64,000 nt of DNA from Mayamaea pseudoterrestris (taxonomy: Eukaryota), in contig BROI01000015.1 in NCBI GenBank assembly GCA_027923505.1, forward strand, positions 620,001-684,000, read 5' to 3'. The position numbers were made by a program, and so were the translations under genes. This document shows positions 25,285 to 34,856 of this stretch, piece after piece; within the stretch, counting starts at the first letter, position 1, and every line of letters starts with the position of its first letter. A model generated the notes under the pieces. That model saw only the letters and a program-made list of their open reading frames with translations. It did not search any database and was not told where the DNA came from.

Positions 25285-26562
25285 CTACTCGTACGAAAAA
25301 GACTGAGGAAACAAAGTCTTACGTTCCATCCACTCTTGTTCCGTAATGCCCAAGCCAACTCCGCCATTATTACCGGTGGATCCATTGTGATTGGCCATTT
25401 CTACACCATGCAAGCGCTCAATGGTGCGGCAATTGGGACAGAGAATGTACTCGGCGTCTTGAATGCAGTAGATGCGACCTCCGCATGATCCACAGTAGTG
25501 CATTGTCATGGCGTCTTGCGCAATGTAGTTCATCGTTTCCGCTGTAAAGCCACGCAGTGGTACCGACACGCCGCGGGCAATCTCAATCGTTGGTTGCGAC
25601 AGCGCCATGGACGAATGGGTTTGTTGCTGATCGAGATAGGTCGGAGTTGCTTGCGGCGGTGGCACGTACTGTCCATGCCCACTATTGAACTGCAAGGCGG
25701 GAGGAGGCGTATACATCTGCTGCGACTGAGGCGCTGTTGTATAGACCGTCGTTGTATGCTCTTGAGTCCGCAAGGGCGCCGAAGGAGTCGAGGGCTGGTG
25801 CGTGCATCCCGTCGGCGTATAATGACGATGCATCCGCGGCGGAGAGCTTGGTGTTGTCAATGAGCAACAATGACCAAGATTCGACTCTTGCGATTTCTGC
25901 TGCTGCTGCAAGCGATGCTTCTGCTGCTGCTGCAAGCGATGCTGCTGCTTGAATGGCGATTCAGTCTTGACGGCAGCTTCCATTTTCGGCGCAACGTGAA
26001 TGGTCGATCCGACAATGGGCGGCGGCGCAGGTTGTCCCATGGACGCGCGTCGCTGCTGGTTGGCTTGCTCCATGCGTGCATCCCGTTGGTGCGACTGCTG
26101 CGCCAGACTGCCAAGTACATCCCGCGCACCCCGCAAGAGACAGTCACTAGTCATTTCCTTGCGTTGCGTATCCATCGTCGCGGTAGAAAAGGACGTGTAG
26201 ATGGATCCAGACGCGATGGACCGACTTCCACTGACATTTCGGTTGCTCGGCTCGACAAGCGCTGTTGGAAAGCCAGAAGAGGCAGACGAGACGGAAGTAT
26301 GCGACGGGAGTGGTTTGAAGTCGAGCTGCACGGGAGTTTTTGGTTTCGGTGACTTGCTTTTGCTCTGTCGCTGAAAGAATATGGCAAAGAGGCGTTTCTT
26401 GGGGGTCTTTTTCGGAGTGCTGTTTACGTTCGCATCTTCCACGTCTCGCCAGAGGCTTTCAAATGGATTGGGCGGCGTCATGGTCGGCGAGCTGAGTACC
26501 GACGCAGAGCCCGAACCGATGTAAGTATCCATGCTGTTGGTTTCAAGGGAGCGAATGTTCAT
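25285..26562 (-). CDS. Q/P-rich protein with C-terminal CxxC..CxxC..GGVGLG domain
   Basis: 425-aa ORF whose C-terminus aligns with that of 34857..36761; internal 24-bp HRLQQQQK repeat. Confidence 0.78.
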   Translation of the reverse strand: MNIRSLETNSMDTYIGSGSASVLSSPTMTPPNPFESLWRDVEDANVNSTPKKTPKKRLFAIFFQRQSKSKSPKPKTPVQLDFKPLPSHTSVSSASSGFPTALVEPSNRNVSGSRSIASGSIYTSFSTATMDTQRKEMTSDCLLRGARDVLGSLAQQSHQRDARMEQANQQRRASMGQPAPPPIVGSTIHVAPKMEAAVKTESPFKQQHRLQQQQKHRLQQQQKSQESNLGHCCSLTTPSSPPRMHRHYTPTGCTHQPSTPSAPLRTQEHTTTVYTTAPQSQQMYTPPPALQFNSGHGQYVPPPQATPTYLDQQQTHSSMALSQPTIEIARGVSVPLRGFTAETMNYIAQDAMTMHYCGSCGGRIYCIQDAEYILCPNCRTIERLHGVEMANHNGSTGNNGGVGLGITEQEWMERKTLFPQSFSYE

Positions 26563-27262
26563 TTGGATAGATTGCTTGCTTGGGTGGTGCTACTGTAGAT
26601 TATGTTCGTCGACAAGCCGTAAATGATATGTGAACAATGTCCGAAAGAGACGGGAAAACCGAGCGAGTCTATGCAAGTAGACGGGCTTGCAAAACTGTGA
26701 ACGACTCGTCGAAGCAAACTCTTTGTTCTTTTCGAGCAAGTGTGAATGAAAGACAGTCATAATGAAGAATGCCTGTCGAAAGAACGCCATGCCGACGCGC
26801 TGTCGAGAATTCCAATGATTTCACGATCAAAGATTCTGTACTTTCGTTGTCTCGCCATATAATGCATTCTTGTGCATTAATGTAGTATCCTCTGTCTCGC
26901 TGTACATAACTCATTTGGTCAGGAGAGACAGACTGGCAAGGCTGTGCGATGTGCGATCGGTGGTCCATCATGGTGTTCGTGGCGCGAGAATTGCGTTGCA
27001 ATGTCGTACCGGTTCTCTGGAGACTCGTACCACGACTTGTCGACCAATCAAAACGCACATTCCACTCGCGCCGCGACACACGCGCGGCAAAGAATTCAAC
27101 GCACCCCTTGACCGAAATTTGATCGACAGGGCCGACTGCGATACGAAAGGCAGAGACCAGCCGCACCATTTTCGCTCTTTGAAAAGTTCTGGCGCATTCA
27201 TTGACTTATCCGGAGTGGCATTGGTAGCATCGAGACGAATACTTCATCATCAGAGAACAACA

Positions 27263-29434
27263 ATGCGCGTCACTGTTCCTTGCTTGACGGCTCTGGCTCT
27301 ACTTGCCTTGTCGTCGCAGACCTTGGCGGATGATGCCGCAGCTTCTGCATTCCAGCCATCAGCTCTCCAAACAGGCCCAGACTCTCTGGGCAGCTCCTTT
27401 GCCGCGTCCGCCTACTATAACGCTGCGGATCAATCTGTTTGGGTTGTCGGATCAACGTATGGAACGGCTTTTTCGCCCAGCTCACCAATCTCCAGCGACG
27501 ATGATTTCAGAGGCGGCTGCTTCTTTGCTAGTATTAACGTTACAGGAGCGGATGGAATACAGTGGAAGCAAAAGCAAACATTCGCCATGCCAGGTGTCGA
27601 ACAATCATGTACAAACATGCTGATCCAGTCCTCCCAACGCGTCTTGGCGACTGGCTACGCGCAACAAGGAAACGCTTTGAACGATCAGTACGAACCAGGA
27701 GGCTACAATGATGTGGCGCAGTTTGGAATGGTAGTCGATTTGGCCTTCAATCCAAGCGGTAGTCCGTTTTTGACGCTGCAGGGCGGACATTTGATGCAGG
27801 AGAGCACCATTACATATCCAGTAGACATTGACACGCAAGCAGGCGATAACTACGCGTATATCTTGTCCATGGAGACGAGTGAAGATGTATCCGCACAGGA
27901 TGGAGGAGGAGCAACGCAGCAAGATCCGGCGCGATTCTTTCGTTACGGGTCGAGTCAGTACGGCATGGTGGTGACGCAAGTTTCGCTCACGCCCGAGTCA
28001 ACCTCTAGCAGCACCTCTATGAGTACCGAATATACGAATAATGGAAACATGCAAGTTCTTGGAGAAACGTGGAGAAAGTTCTACGCCACAAATACAGGAG
28101 CAACAGTCCACGCGGCGGGGCTCTTGAAGGTCTCAGATGATATTCTGCTCGCAGTCGGTACTACTTCGGGACATGGCGATGCCTTTGGTAAGGATGCAAT
28201 GTCGGGTGATGATCTGGATGGCTTTATTACAAAAATCAATCCTGCTACCGGAAAAATGGCTGGGAGCTGGGACGATCCGAGCAACCTTGCATCGGTTCGC
28301 TTGCAATCCATGAATCGACGTGACGATTGGGTCTCGGGCCTTTGCCATAACCCGAGGGATTCGAGTAGCATTTACGTCGTTGGAGCGACCAAGGGTCGGA
28401 TAGATCCTGATGCACCTGAATCGATGCATTCTGACAGTGTCCAGGCGTTTGTCATGAAGGTGAACGTGTATACACTGACGCCTACGTGGATTCGGCAGCT
28501 CCCCGCTCCAGACAGCGACCAACAACCATCCTCTGTGCGCGCGTCGGCATGCACAGTCACCCCTGATGGTGGCTCCATATACTTTGGAGGCATTGTTGAA
28601 AATGGCAGTGTACTGTCCCTCTCTGGCACGCAAACATCCTTTGGCGGGGATGATGTGTTTGTTGCCAAGCTGGACGCCAGCAATGGTGCCCTCAAGTTTG
28701 TCCGTCAATTTGGAAGCGAGACGAACGACGAAATTGCCATGCGAGGCGGACTATCCACCGACAGTGTGGGGAATGCGATTGTTGTCGGTAACACGTTTGG
28801 AAGTTTGTATCGAACCCGAGGTCAAGACGAAGATTCTAGCACACAACAATCCGACGTCTTTGTGGCTACTATCGGAGCATTTAACGGCAAGCTTGTCCTC
28901 CCTGTGCGACTTGGCGAGTCGGATTTAAATTCGGACTCGGACGAGAGCGATCAGAGCGGTGAGGCTGGCGAGATTGCTGAACCAAAGTGGGCAGGCATTT
29001 TCTTTATATTCTTTGGTATAATTGCCGCCGCCACATGCATGTGTTGTATCATCCGAAGGCGACGAGAGCGAGAGGTCGCAACGGACCGCAAGAAAGTCTT
29101 GGACTATATCGGTGACTTTGATGTGGAGGACGTTGATCTCAAGCACTCTGCGACAGGTGGATGGCATTGCTCATACGCGGGCCCGCTCGCGCATGGCATC
29201 AACAACAAGTCTCGCTTCCGGCGGTCATTCTCAGATTACGTAGACCAAGAAGTGGATATCACATCCCCATTGACAGATGCCGCAGATTACGCCGATTCCT
29301 TGTTTATGACGGCGTCGGAAACGCCAAGGCTACGTAGTGCTGTCAACATTGACGACGGGGGCCTGAGCTTTACGGAGAGCTTGAGCCAAAAGCAAAATGG
29401 TGCAAGAGGCGGCTGGGGTCGCGACATTATATAA
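27263..29434 (+). CDS. Type I membrane protein with beta-propeller-like (SBBP-like) ectodomain
   Basis: Signal peptide MRVTVPCLTALALLALSSQTLA; repeats such as IYVVGATKG, DGFITKI, DVFVAKLD and AIVVGNTFG; TM AGIFFIFFGIIAAATCMCCII followed by RRRRER. Confidence 0.82.
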   Translation: MRVTVPCLTALALLALSSQTLADDAAASAFQPSALQTGPDSLGSSFAASAYYNAADQSVWVVGSTYGTAFSPSSPISSDDDFRGGCFFASINVTGADGIQWKQKQTFAMPGVEQSCTNMLIQSSQRVLATGYAQQGNALNDQYEPGGYNDVAQFGMVVDLAFNPSGSPFLTLQGGHLMQESTITYPVDIDTQAGDNYAYILSMETSEDVSAQDGGGATQQDPARFFRYGSSQYGMVVTQVSLTPESTSSSTSMSTEYTNNGNMQVLGETWRKFYATNTGATVHAAGLLKVSDDILLAVGTTSGHGDAFGKDAMSGDDLDGFITKINPATGKMAGSWDDPSNLASVRLQSMNRRDDWVSGLCHNPRDSSSIYVVGATKGRIDPDAPESMHSDSVQAFVMKVNVYTLTPTWIRQLPAPDSDQQPSSVRASACTVTPDGGSIYFGGIVENGSVLSLSGTQTSFGGDDVFVAKLDASNGALKFVRQFGSETNDEIAMRGGLSTDSVGNAIVVGNTFGSLYRTRGQDEDSSTQQSDVFVATIGAFNGKLVLPVRLGESDLNSDSDESDQSGEAGEIAEPKWAGIFFIFFGIIAAATCMCCIIRRRREREVATDRKKVLDYIGDFDVEDVDLKHSATGGWHCSYAGPLAHGINNKSRFRRSFSDYVDQEVDITSPLTDAADYADSLFMTASETPRLRSAVNIDDGGLSFTESLSQKQNGARGGWGRDII

Positions 29435-29964
29435 CATTTTTGAGGCGCTGATAGCATTCTTTATATCATACTTTATTCGATCTGTATCTGCAATCTCGCG
29501 TCCCCACCTGCCACCAAACCTCATCCTCTCAACGCTCGACTTGCACCCGCGAGCTCTCTCCCAATCTTTCATTGGACGATATCATAATCTGTCCTTTAAG
29601 GCTGCCTCGGTTATCGGAAGAACAAGCTGCCCCTACTTTCGTCGACGCCGCTCGCATGGCTAGCAAGTCGGAAACAGCATTACCTCGCCTGTCTCGTATA
29701 ATTGCTCTGGTCGTGTTGCGCTCATGATCGTCCGAAAGTGGGCAGGAATTGGCGTCAAAGAATAAACTAACGAAGATCGCTTCCGGGAAACGGATTCCGT
29801 GAGTACCGTAGCGACCTTTATTATTCATTCATTCACGCTTACTCTATGATTGCGTCATGATGACGAAGCGAGGCATGCCAGTCTTGTAATTCGCCGCACT
29901 TCTGAAGCGAATATACATGACCATCACTACTACTTAAACCTTTATCACATTAACTACAACAGTC

Positions 29965-32529
29965 ATGCCGACTGCTTCTCCACAACTAGGTGTGAGTCGA
30001 AATCGATCGCTGGCGCTAGGTGATGTCTTCAAAGCCCATCAGCAGGCTGACGAGGACGATGACCCTGACGGCGACGAGGATGCCTCTCGCTTTGGTACCA
30101 CGAGCACTATTCACCATTTATATCGGTCTCATCAGCGAGGAGACGGCAGGGAAGATATGAGTGAGGTGGGCAATCAGAGTGTCTCAACAATTGGTAGCTC
30201 CCGTAGTAAAAAATCGAGTGCATCTGGGCGCATCAAAGAAACGCGAGGTAGCAGCGGACGAGCCGTCATCAAACGAACAACCTCGCGACGAGTCGACCCT
30301 TCCACAAGTGCTGCAGCTGCTAGTGGACTTATTGAGTTATTGAGTCCAAAACCTGCCACGAAGAAGCCCGTTGGAGATGACAATACGCATGACGAGGAAG
30401 AATCAATCGCAATCACAATCGAGACGTCAGAAACACCCACCGGAGGAGAGGTAACGAAACGACGACTTCCTTCGCGAGCTAAGTCGATTGATTCTGTCAT
30501 GGATCACAAGCCGCGAGGCGAGAAGCGAGGTGAATCGGGTCGGCGGACTACTGCATCGCGTCGCAATTTTTCGCACACGGGCGGAGGAGGCCCAAAGGCA
30601 TCAACTAAAGAAGACTCTGCTCCGGCATCGCCTGCCGAGCCCAAGGATGAAGCTACATCCAAGGGAACACACCGACGCTACCATTCGCATCCGGTGGAAG
30701 GCTCTAAGAAGAGTGAACATGAAAAAGGTACCGAAAAGGAGGTAGGGCGCAAGACGAGCAGTAGACAAGGCAGCAGCAACAAGGGTAGTCGGCAGCATTC
30801 TAGCAGCAGGACTGAAAAGGACAGTGCTGAGAAGGACCTCACTAGCAGTGGCAACGCTAGTAACAAAGAATCGCACCGCTCTGCACCCAGAAAGACCTCT
30901 TCGTCTCGAGTAACATCGCGCGCAACGAAAACTGATATAACTACTTCTTCACCCAGACGATCATCCAAGCCGGAACACGAAAGTAAACCCAAGCGATCAC
31001 CTAGCAAACGACAAATATCCGAGTCAAAACAATCTGCTATGCACGAAAGTGCCGTCAGCCTGAAGTATCCTTCAAACGAAGATGTTAACACGGAGCAAGT
31101 TCATTCTTCTAAGCACCATGCGCCTTCGAAGGGACGAGCAGCTAGAAAACCTTCCAACCACGAAAAGGCTAAGTCTAACAGTGATCGGCAAAAAGTTCGA
31201 GAAGTCAGCCCACCGCGAGAAAAGCTTGTAGATGATTATGGATATGGCCCAGGCAGTCCCGGAAGGAGTCCCAAAAAGTCGGTTAGTAGGCCCGATGTTG
31301 AGCTCGATGAACCTAGTGACGCGAGCAGTAGCATAGACTGCTATAAAGCTGAGCAAGGTTCCTCTGATGAGAGCAGCGATGGGTCTGATCACGTCGACAC
31401 ATCCGATGATGATGATGACGACGAGGACGGCTACGCCAACCCCTATAGTTCAAAGAGCAGACGTAAAGGGAACTATTACGATGACGACGAGGACACTGTT
31501 TTGCAGTTTGATCCCACCCAACATGATGGCGTGCAGGAAGTCAAACGAGCCGGGTCGATGCAGTACGAATTTGAAGGTGCCGATGGTACTTCAGTAGTGG
31601 GGCAAATTACCGAGCTGGCAGATCCTGTTGGCGAAATACAAATGCTTGCGGCTCAACAGGAGAATGACCGACAAAAAGACATTTTGTTTGACTTTCTAGA
31701 TGGTGATGACGAGGTGATCGGACAACATTGCGACGTGAATGAAGATTTGACATCTGACAACGACCAAGAAACGCAGGTCGACGCTGACGGAACTGAGCTG
31801 CAAATCGAAGGCAGTGCACATGAGTTCCAGCCGCCCATGCATTTCGAAATGCCTGCTCACGATGTGAACGACGACGACGAAAAACGATTAGAGCTTGATG
31901 ATCGCGATCAGCGACAGGACAGCTGGTCAAAAACAGACGATGACGATCCCCTTTCACCGACGCAAGAGGCATCCTCGAAAAAGAAAAAGGTAGTGTTAAG
32001 GCGGGCGTCGCGTAAAATTTCAGGGAATTCCACACAGCATGCTCGGTCCAAGAGCGAAGGTGTGGCGTATCATGAGAAGCACCAGCAAAGTAAGGAGAAG
32101 AAACGGCGAGACGGGCAGAAAAAGACCAGCTCTGATGACCAAGCACTGCTTATCGCCCCCTTATCGCCATCAAAAACAGTTCCTAAGGTTAAAATGTTTA
32201 GCTTTGCAGACAGCTTCCGTCTTGACAAGGATGACGATGACGACAATGAGGGAGTAGATGGGGAGGCGGATGCACCGCCGCAAGTACCTGACGTGAATCA
32301 ACCAGCGACGGCTTCGCCGACGAAGGAGTCGGGGTCGCCCAAGAAGGCCACGAAGAAGAAGGGCAAGGGACTTAGCGGCATCGGGCGCTACTTTGGCCGA
32401 AACAAACGGCAAGACGATGACGATGACATGATGTCTGTGGGAAGTACAAGCATCGGCTTCTTTAATTCAGTGAAGGCGAAACATCAGCTTCTTGGCGACG
32501 ACTCGAGTGTCGAGTCGGGTCTGTACTAA
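29965..32529 (+). CDS. Hypothetical charged low-complexity protein (854 aa), copy A
   Basis: Long ORF conserved in both copies with only in-frame indels. Confidence 0.8.
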   Translation: MPTASPQLGVSRNRSLALGDVFKAHQQADEDDDPDGDEDASRFGTTSTIHHLYRSHQRGDGREDMSEVGNQSVSTIGSSRSKKSSASGRIKETRGSSGRAVIKRTTSRRVDPSTSAAAASGLIELLSPKPATKKPVGDDNTHDEEESIAITIETSETPTGGEVTKRRLPSRAKSIDSVMDHKPRGEKRGESGRRTTASRRNFSHTGGGGPKASTKEDSAPASPAEPKDEATSKGTHRRYHSHPVEGSKKSEHEKGTEKEVGRKTSSRQGSSNKGSRQHSSSRTEKDSAEKDLTSSGNASNKESHRSAPRKTSSSRVTSRATKTDITTSSPRRSSKPEHESKPKRSPSKRQISESKQSAMHESAVSLKYPSNEDVNTEQVHSSKHHAPSKGRAARKPSNHEKAKSNSDRQKVREVSPPREKLVDDYGYGPGSPGRSPKKSVSRPDVELDEPSDASSSIDCYKAEQGSSDESSDGSDHVDTSDDDDDDEDGYANPYSSKSRRKGNYYDDDEDTVLQFDPTQHDGVQEVKRAGSMQYEFEGADGTSVVGQITELADPVGEIQMLAAQQENDRQKDILFDFLDGDDEVIGQHCDVNEDLTSDNDQETQVDADGTELQIEGSAHEFQPPMHFEMPAHDVNDDDEKRLELDDRDQRQDSWSKTDDDDPLSPTQEASSKKKKVVLRRASRKISGNSTQHARSKSEGVAYHEKHQQSKEKKRRDGQKKTSSDDQALLIAPLSPSKTVPKVKMFSFADSFRLDKDDDDDNEGVDGEADAPPQVPDVNQPATASPTKESGSPKKATKKKGKGLSGIGRYFGRNKRQDDDDDMMSVGSTSIGFFNSVKAKHQLLGDDSSVESGLY

Positions 32530-32848
32530 CTTTAAGTGGAGACACGAATACGTAAGCGGCATCGCATGCTATTGGTAGTCATCAAAACGACTTAGTGGAG
32601 TATTTTGCCAACGTATGGGGGTCGCTGCTGCTTCTGCTGCATGCTCATTGCGAGGACGATGTGTTATCAACTTGGACTGCGCGGACGAGACATGACTCTC
32701 AGTAGTTTGTGGATGCTAGCATTGTTAAAATAATTTGCATTGTATTATCTTAACACTCTATCTATGGGCACTTTGAGTTTTGGCGTTAATGTGGCAACGA
32801 GTTAGCAAGTCGGCAGCTGCGTATAAACATAGCACGAAACGTGGGTCT

Positions 32849-33450
32849 TTAAGGCACTTCAGTGAACACTATTTCCAAATCAACGTCATACTTTCTTTGT
32901 AGAAAACCAATAACCTTGTTAAGCCGGCTGTCACACTTGCCCAAGCTTGATTTAAGGTAGCGTCGGCGACCTCCACACGCCTTGCATATGCAACCAAGTA
33001 AGTAGCACCATTCGTAGTTGCGCTTGAGCCTGCATTTGTTCCTCGGGCAAAGCTAATGGAATAAAACGGAATAAGCCTGAATGTGAGATTTGCGTGTTTT
33101 ATCGCAAAATATTTCGATGACCACTATCTTCAACGAACCTTGATGGTTGTAAGCGCTCGCTCGTCATGCTGCGCTAGCAAAGCGGTCTCATCATTTTCAA
33201 TCAGCTTTCGCGCAGACGAATCCACGTCAACTTGTTCGCCAGGAGCAACATAGTCGTAGTTAGCGCCAAAACACTTTTCGATAATGTTGATCGTCTTCTG
33301 ATAAGCCTGTTGTCCGATGCGATTGATTTCCTTCTGCGATATATCTCCCTTTCCATTCAAAGATATCTGATACAGCAAGCCCGAGGCGACGACATTCCTT
33401 GTCGTGTGGCACAGCACTAGAAAGATTAAAAGTTTTCTTCTAATTGGCAT
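32849..33450 (-). CDS. Small secreted Cys-rich protein with RXL motifs, copy A
   Basis: Signal-like MPIRRKLLIFLVLCHTTRNVVA. Intron 33138-33053 joins to LCPRNKCRLKRNYEWCYLLGCICKACGGRRRYL..EVP*; the structure is conserved in copy B. Confidence 0.7.
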
Positions 33451-34601
33451 GGCAGCGATAGGATGCAAATGAGGCACTTCCTGCTTTCCTTTTGTGGAAG
33501 TTGGAAGTTGGTTGCGTGCGTATTCGCGTCGTTCGAGGGGCTGTGGAAAGCGTCAAGCGCGCCACATTGTCAATCGTGCTTTATCAAGACACTTGAGTCG
33601 AAAAGACTATGGCCCTCGAATTCGTCTTGGTTCGAATGACTGGCAACCTGCATGGAGTATTTAATCGTGGATCCAATGACCGCTACTATGCGACCATGTT
33701 CCCAGTTCCCACCCATGCGCAAAATGTTCAAGAAAAAGGCAAGCCATTGCAGCTTTGGAGCGGAGCAGGCAGCAGGCGGTGTCTGTTGAAGAAAAAGGAT
33801 CAGATATCGTTAGTTGAAAGTCAAAAAAGATAGTTACAGCCATCGAAGCATGGCGTTGCGTATTGACGAACTGACGAGTGACTGTCAAGTCGATGCATGA
33901 TGCCGCACACCGCACAATGCAAGTTCACTCAGCGAATCACTTGAGGCAACAATTCCATTTCACAGCGTCCATCAGTTGCAGTATACATGCAATCCAAAGG
34001 GATGGAGAAGCGTTCCAACAGATCGGTTGACGAAACCGCGACGCGGCATGAATGCAAGCCAATTGACAATCGACAATCAACCCATGGCTTCTGACAATTC
34101 CAATCTCTGCTAATCTCTGCTAATTGTGAAGCCGCATTTTCGTAGAGTCAGTTGTGCCTGATTCTTGGTCGACACTGTTGCCTCGAAGGATTGACAAGAG
34201 GGCGAATGACATTAACTTTTGCATTGTTCCAATCGCTGAACTGACGCTCATAACACCGGGAAATTATTAAGAAACATTTGTGGCTAGTAGAATGGTTTCG
34301 CTATAAATAGATTGTATTAGGTGGCTGGAGCGGGTCGAGCGTAGGTGCCTTTCCATGCATTGTCATGGCACGATTTCGTGTGCTGTAAAGGCCCAAGGCG
34401 CACCGGGATCAAGCCAAATTTTGTTATGCAAGTTCTCTATGTCCTATAGATGATGTATGCTCAATTTGATTGTGGGACCAAGCTCCAAAGTGAAGTTACA
34501 GGCTCAAATATTTTCTCGTTCGGTTGCATAATATATGCATCGTGCATCCCATCAGTTCTCCATTGAGAACCGGTACGATTGATGCGTACACTTTGACTCA
34601 C

Positions 34602-34697
34602 AGTGCCAAAAACTTTGATTTTCAAAGTCATTGGACTACACTCTGATCTATAGTGCCAAAAACTTTGATTTTTTTCAAAGTTATTGGACTACACTTT
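34602..34697. repeat. Two-copy ~50-bp tandem repeat with an internal palindrome (ctttga..tcaaag)
   Basis: agtgccaaaaactttgattt(ttt)tcaaagt.attggactacact occurs twice; also present in copy B (~55383-55478). Confidence 0.8.
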
Positions 34698-34856
34698 ACA
34701 ACACAGTAGGTATTTTCACGGGACTCAAGTGACGTCACGTCGACTCTTTGATGCTTGTGACCCGACAACGCAACCACGACCTCCATCGACCCTCTCTTCT
34801 CAATCCCCACTGGTTATCTCGCAGCGTCGCAATAACAGCTTTGAATTTATGTTATT

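Noticed and set aside
26870..27262. 131-aa N-terminal extension of the membrane-protein ORF
   Set aside because: It starts at a non-ATG codon; the signal peptide begins at ATG 27263.
34602..34697. CRISPR-like palindromic repeat
   Set aside because: Only two adjacent units, no unique spacers, no cas genes, and a eukaryotic context.
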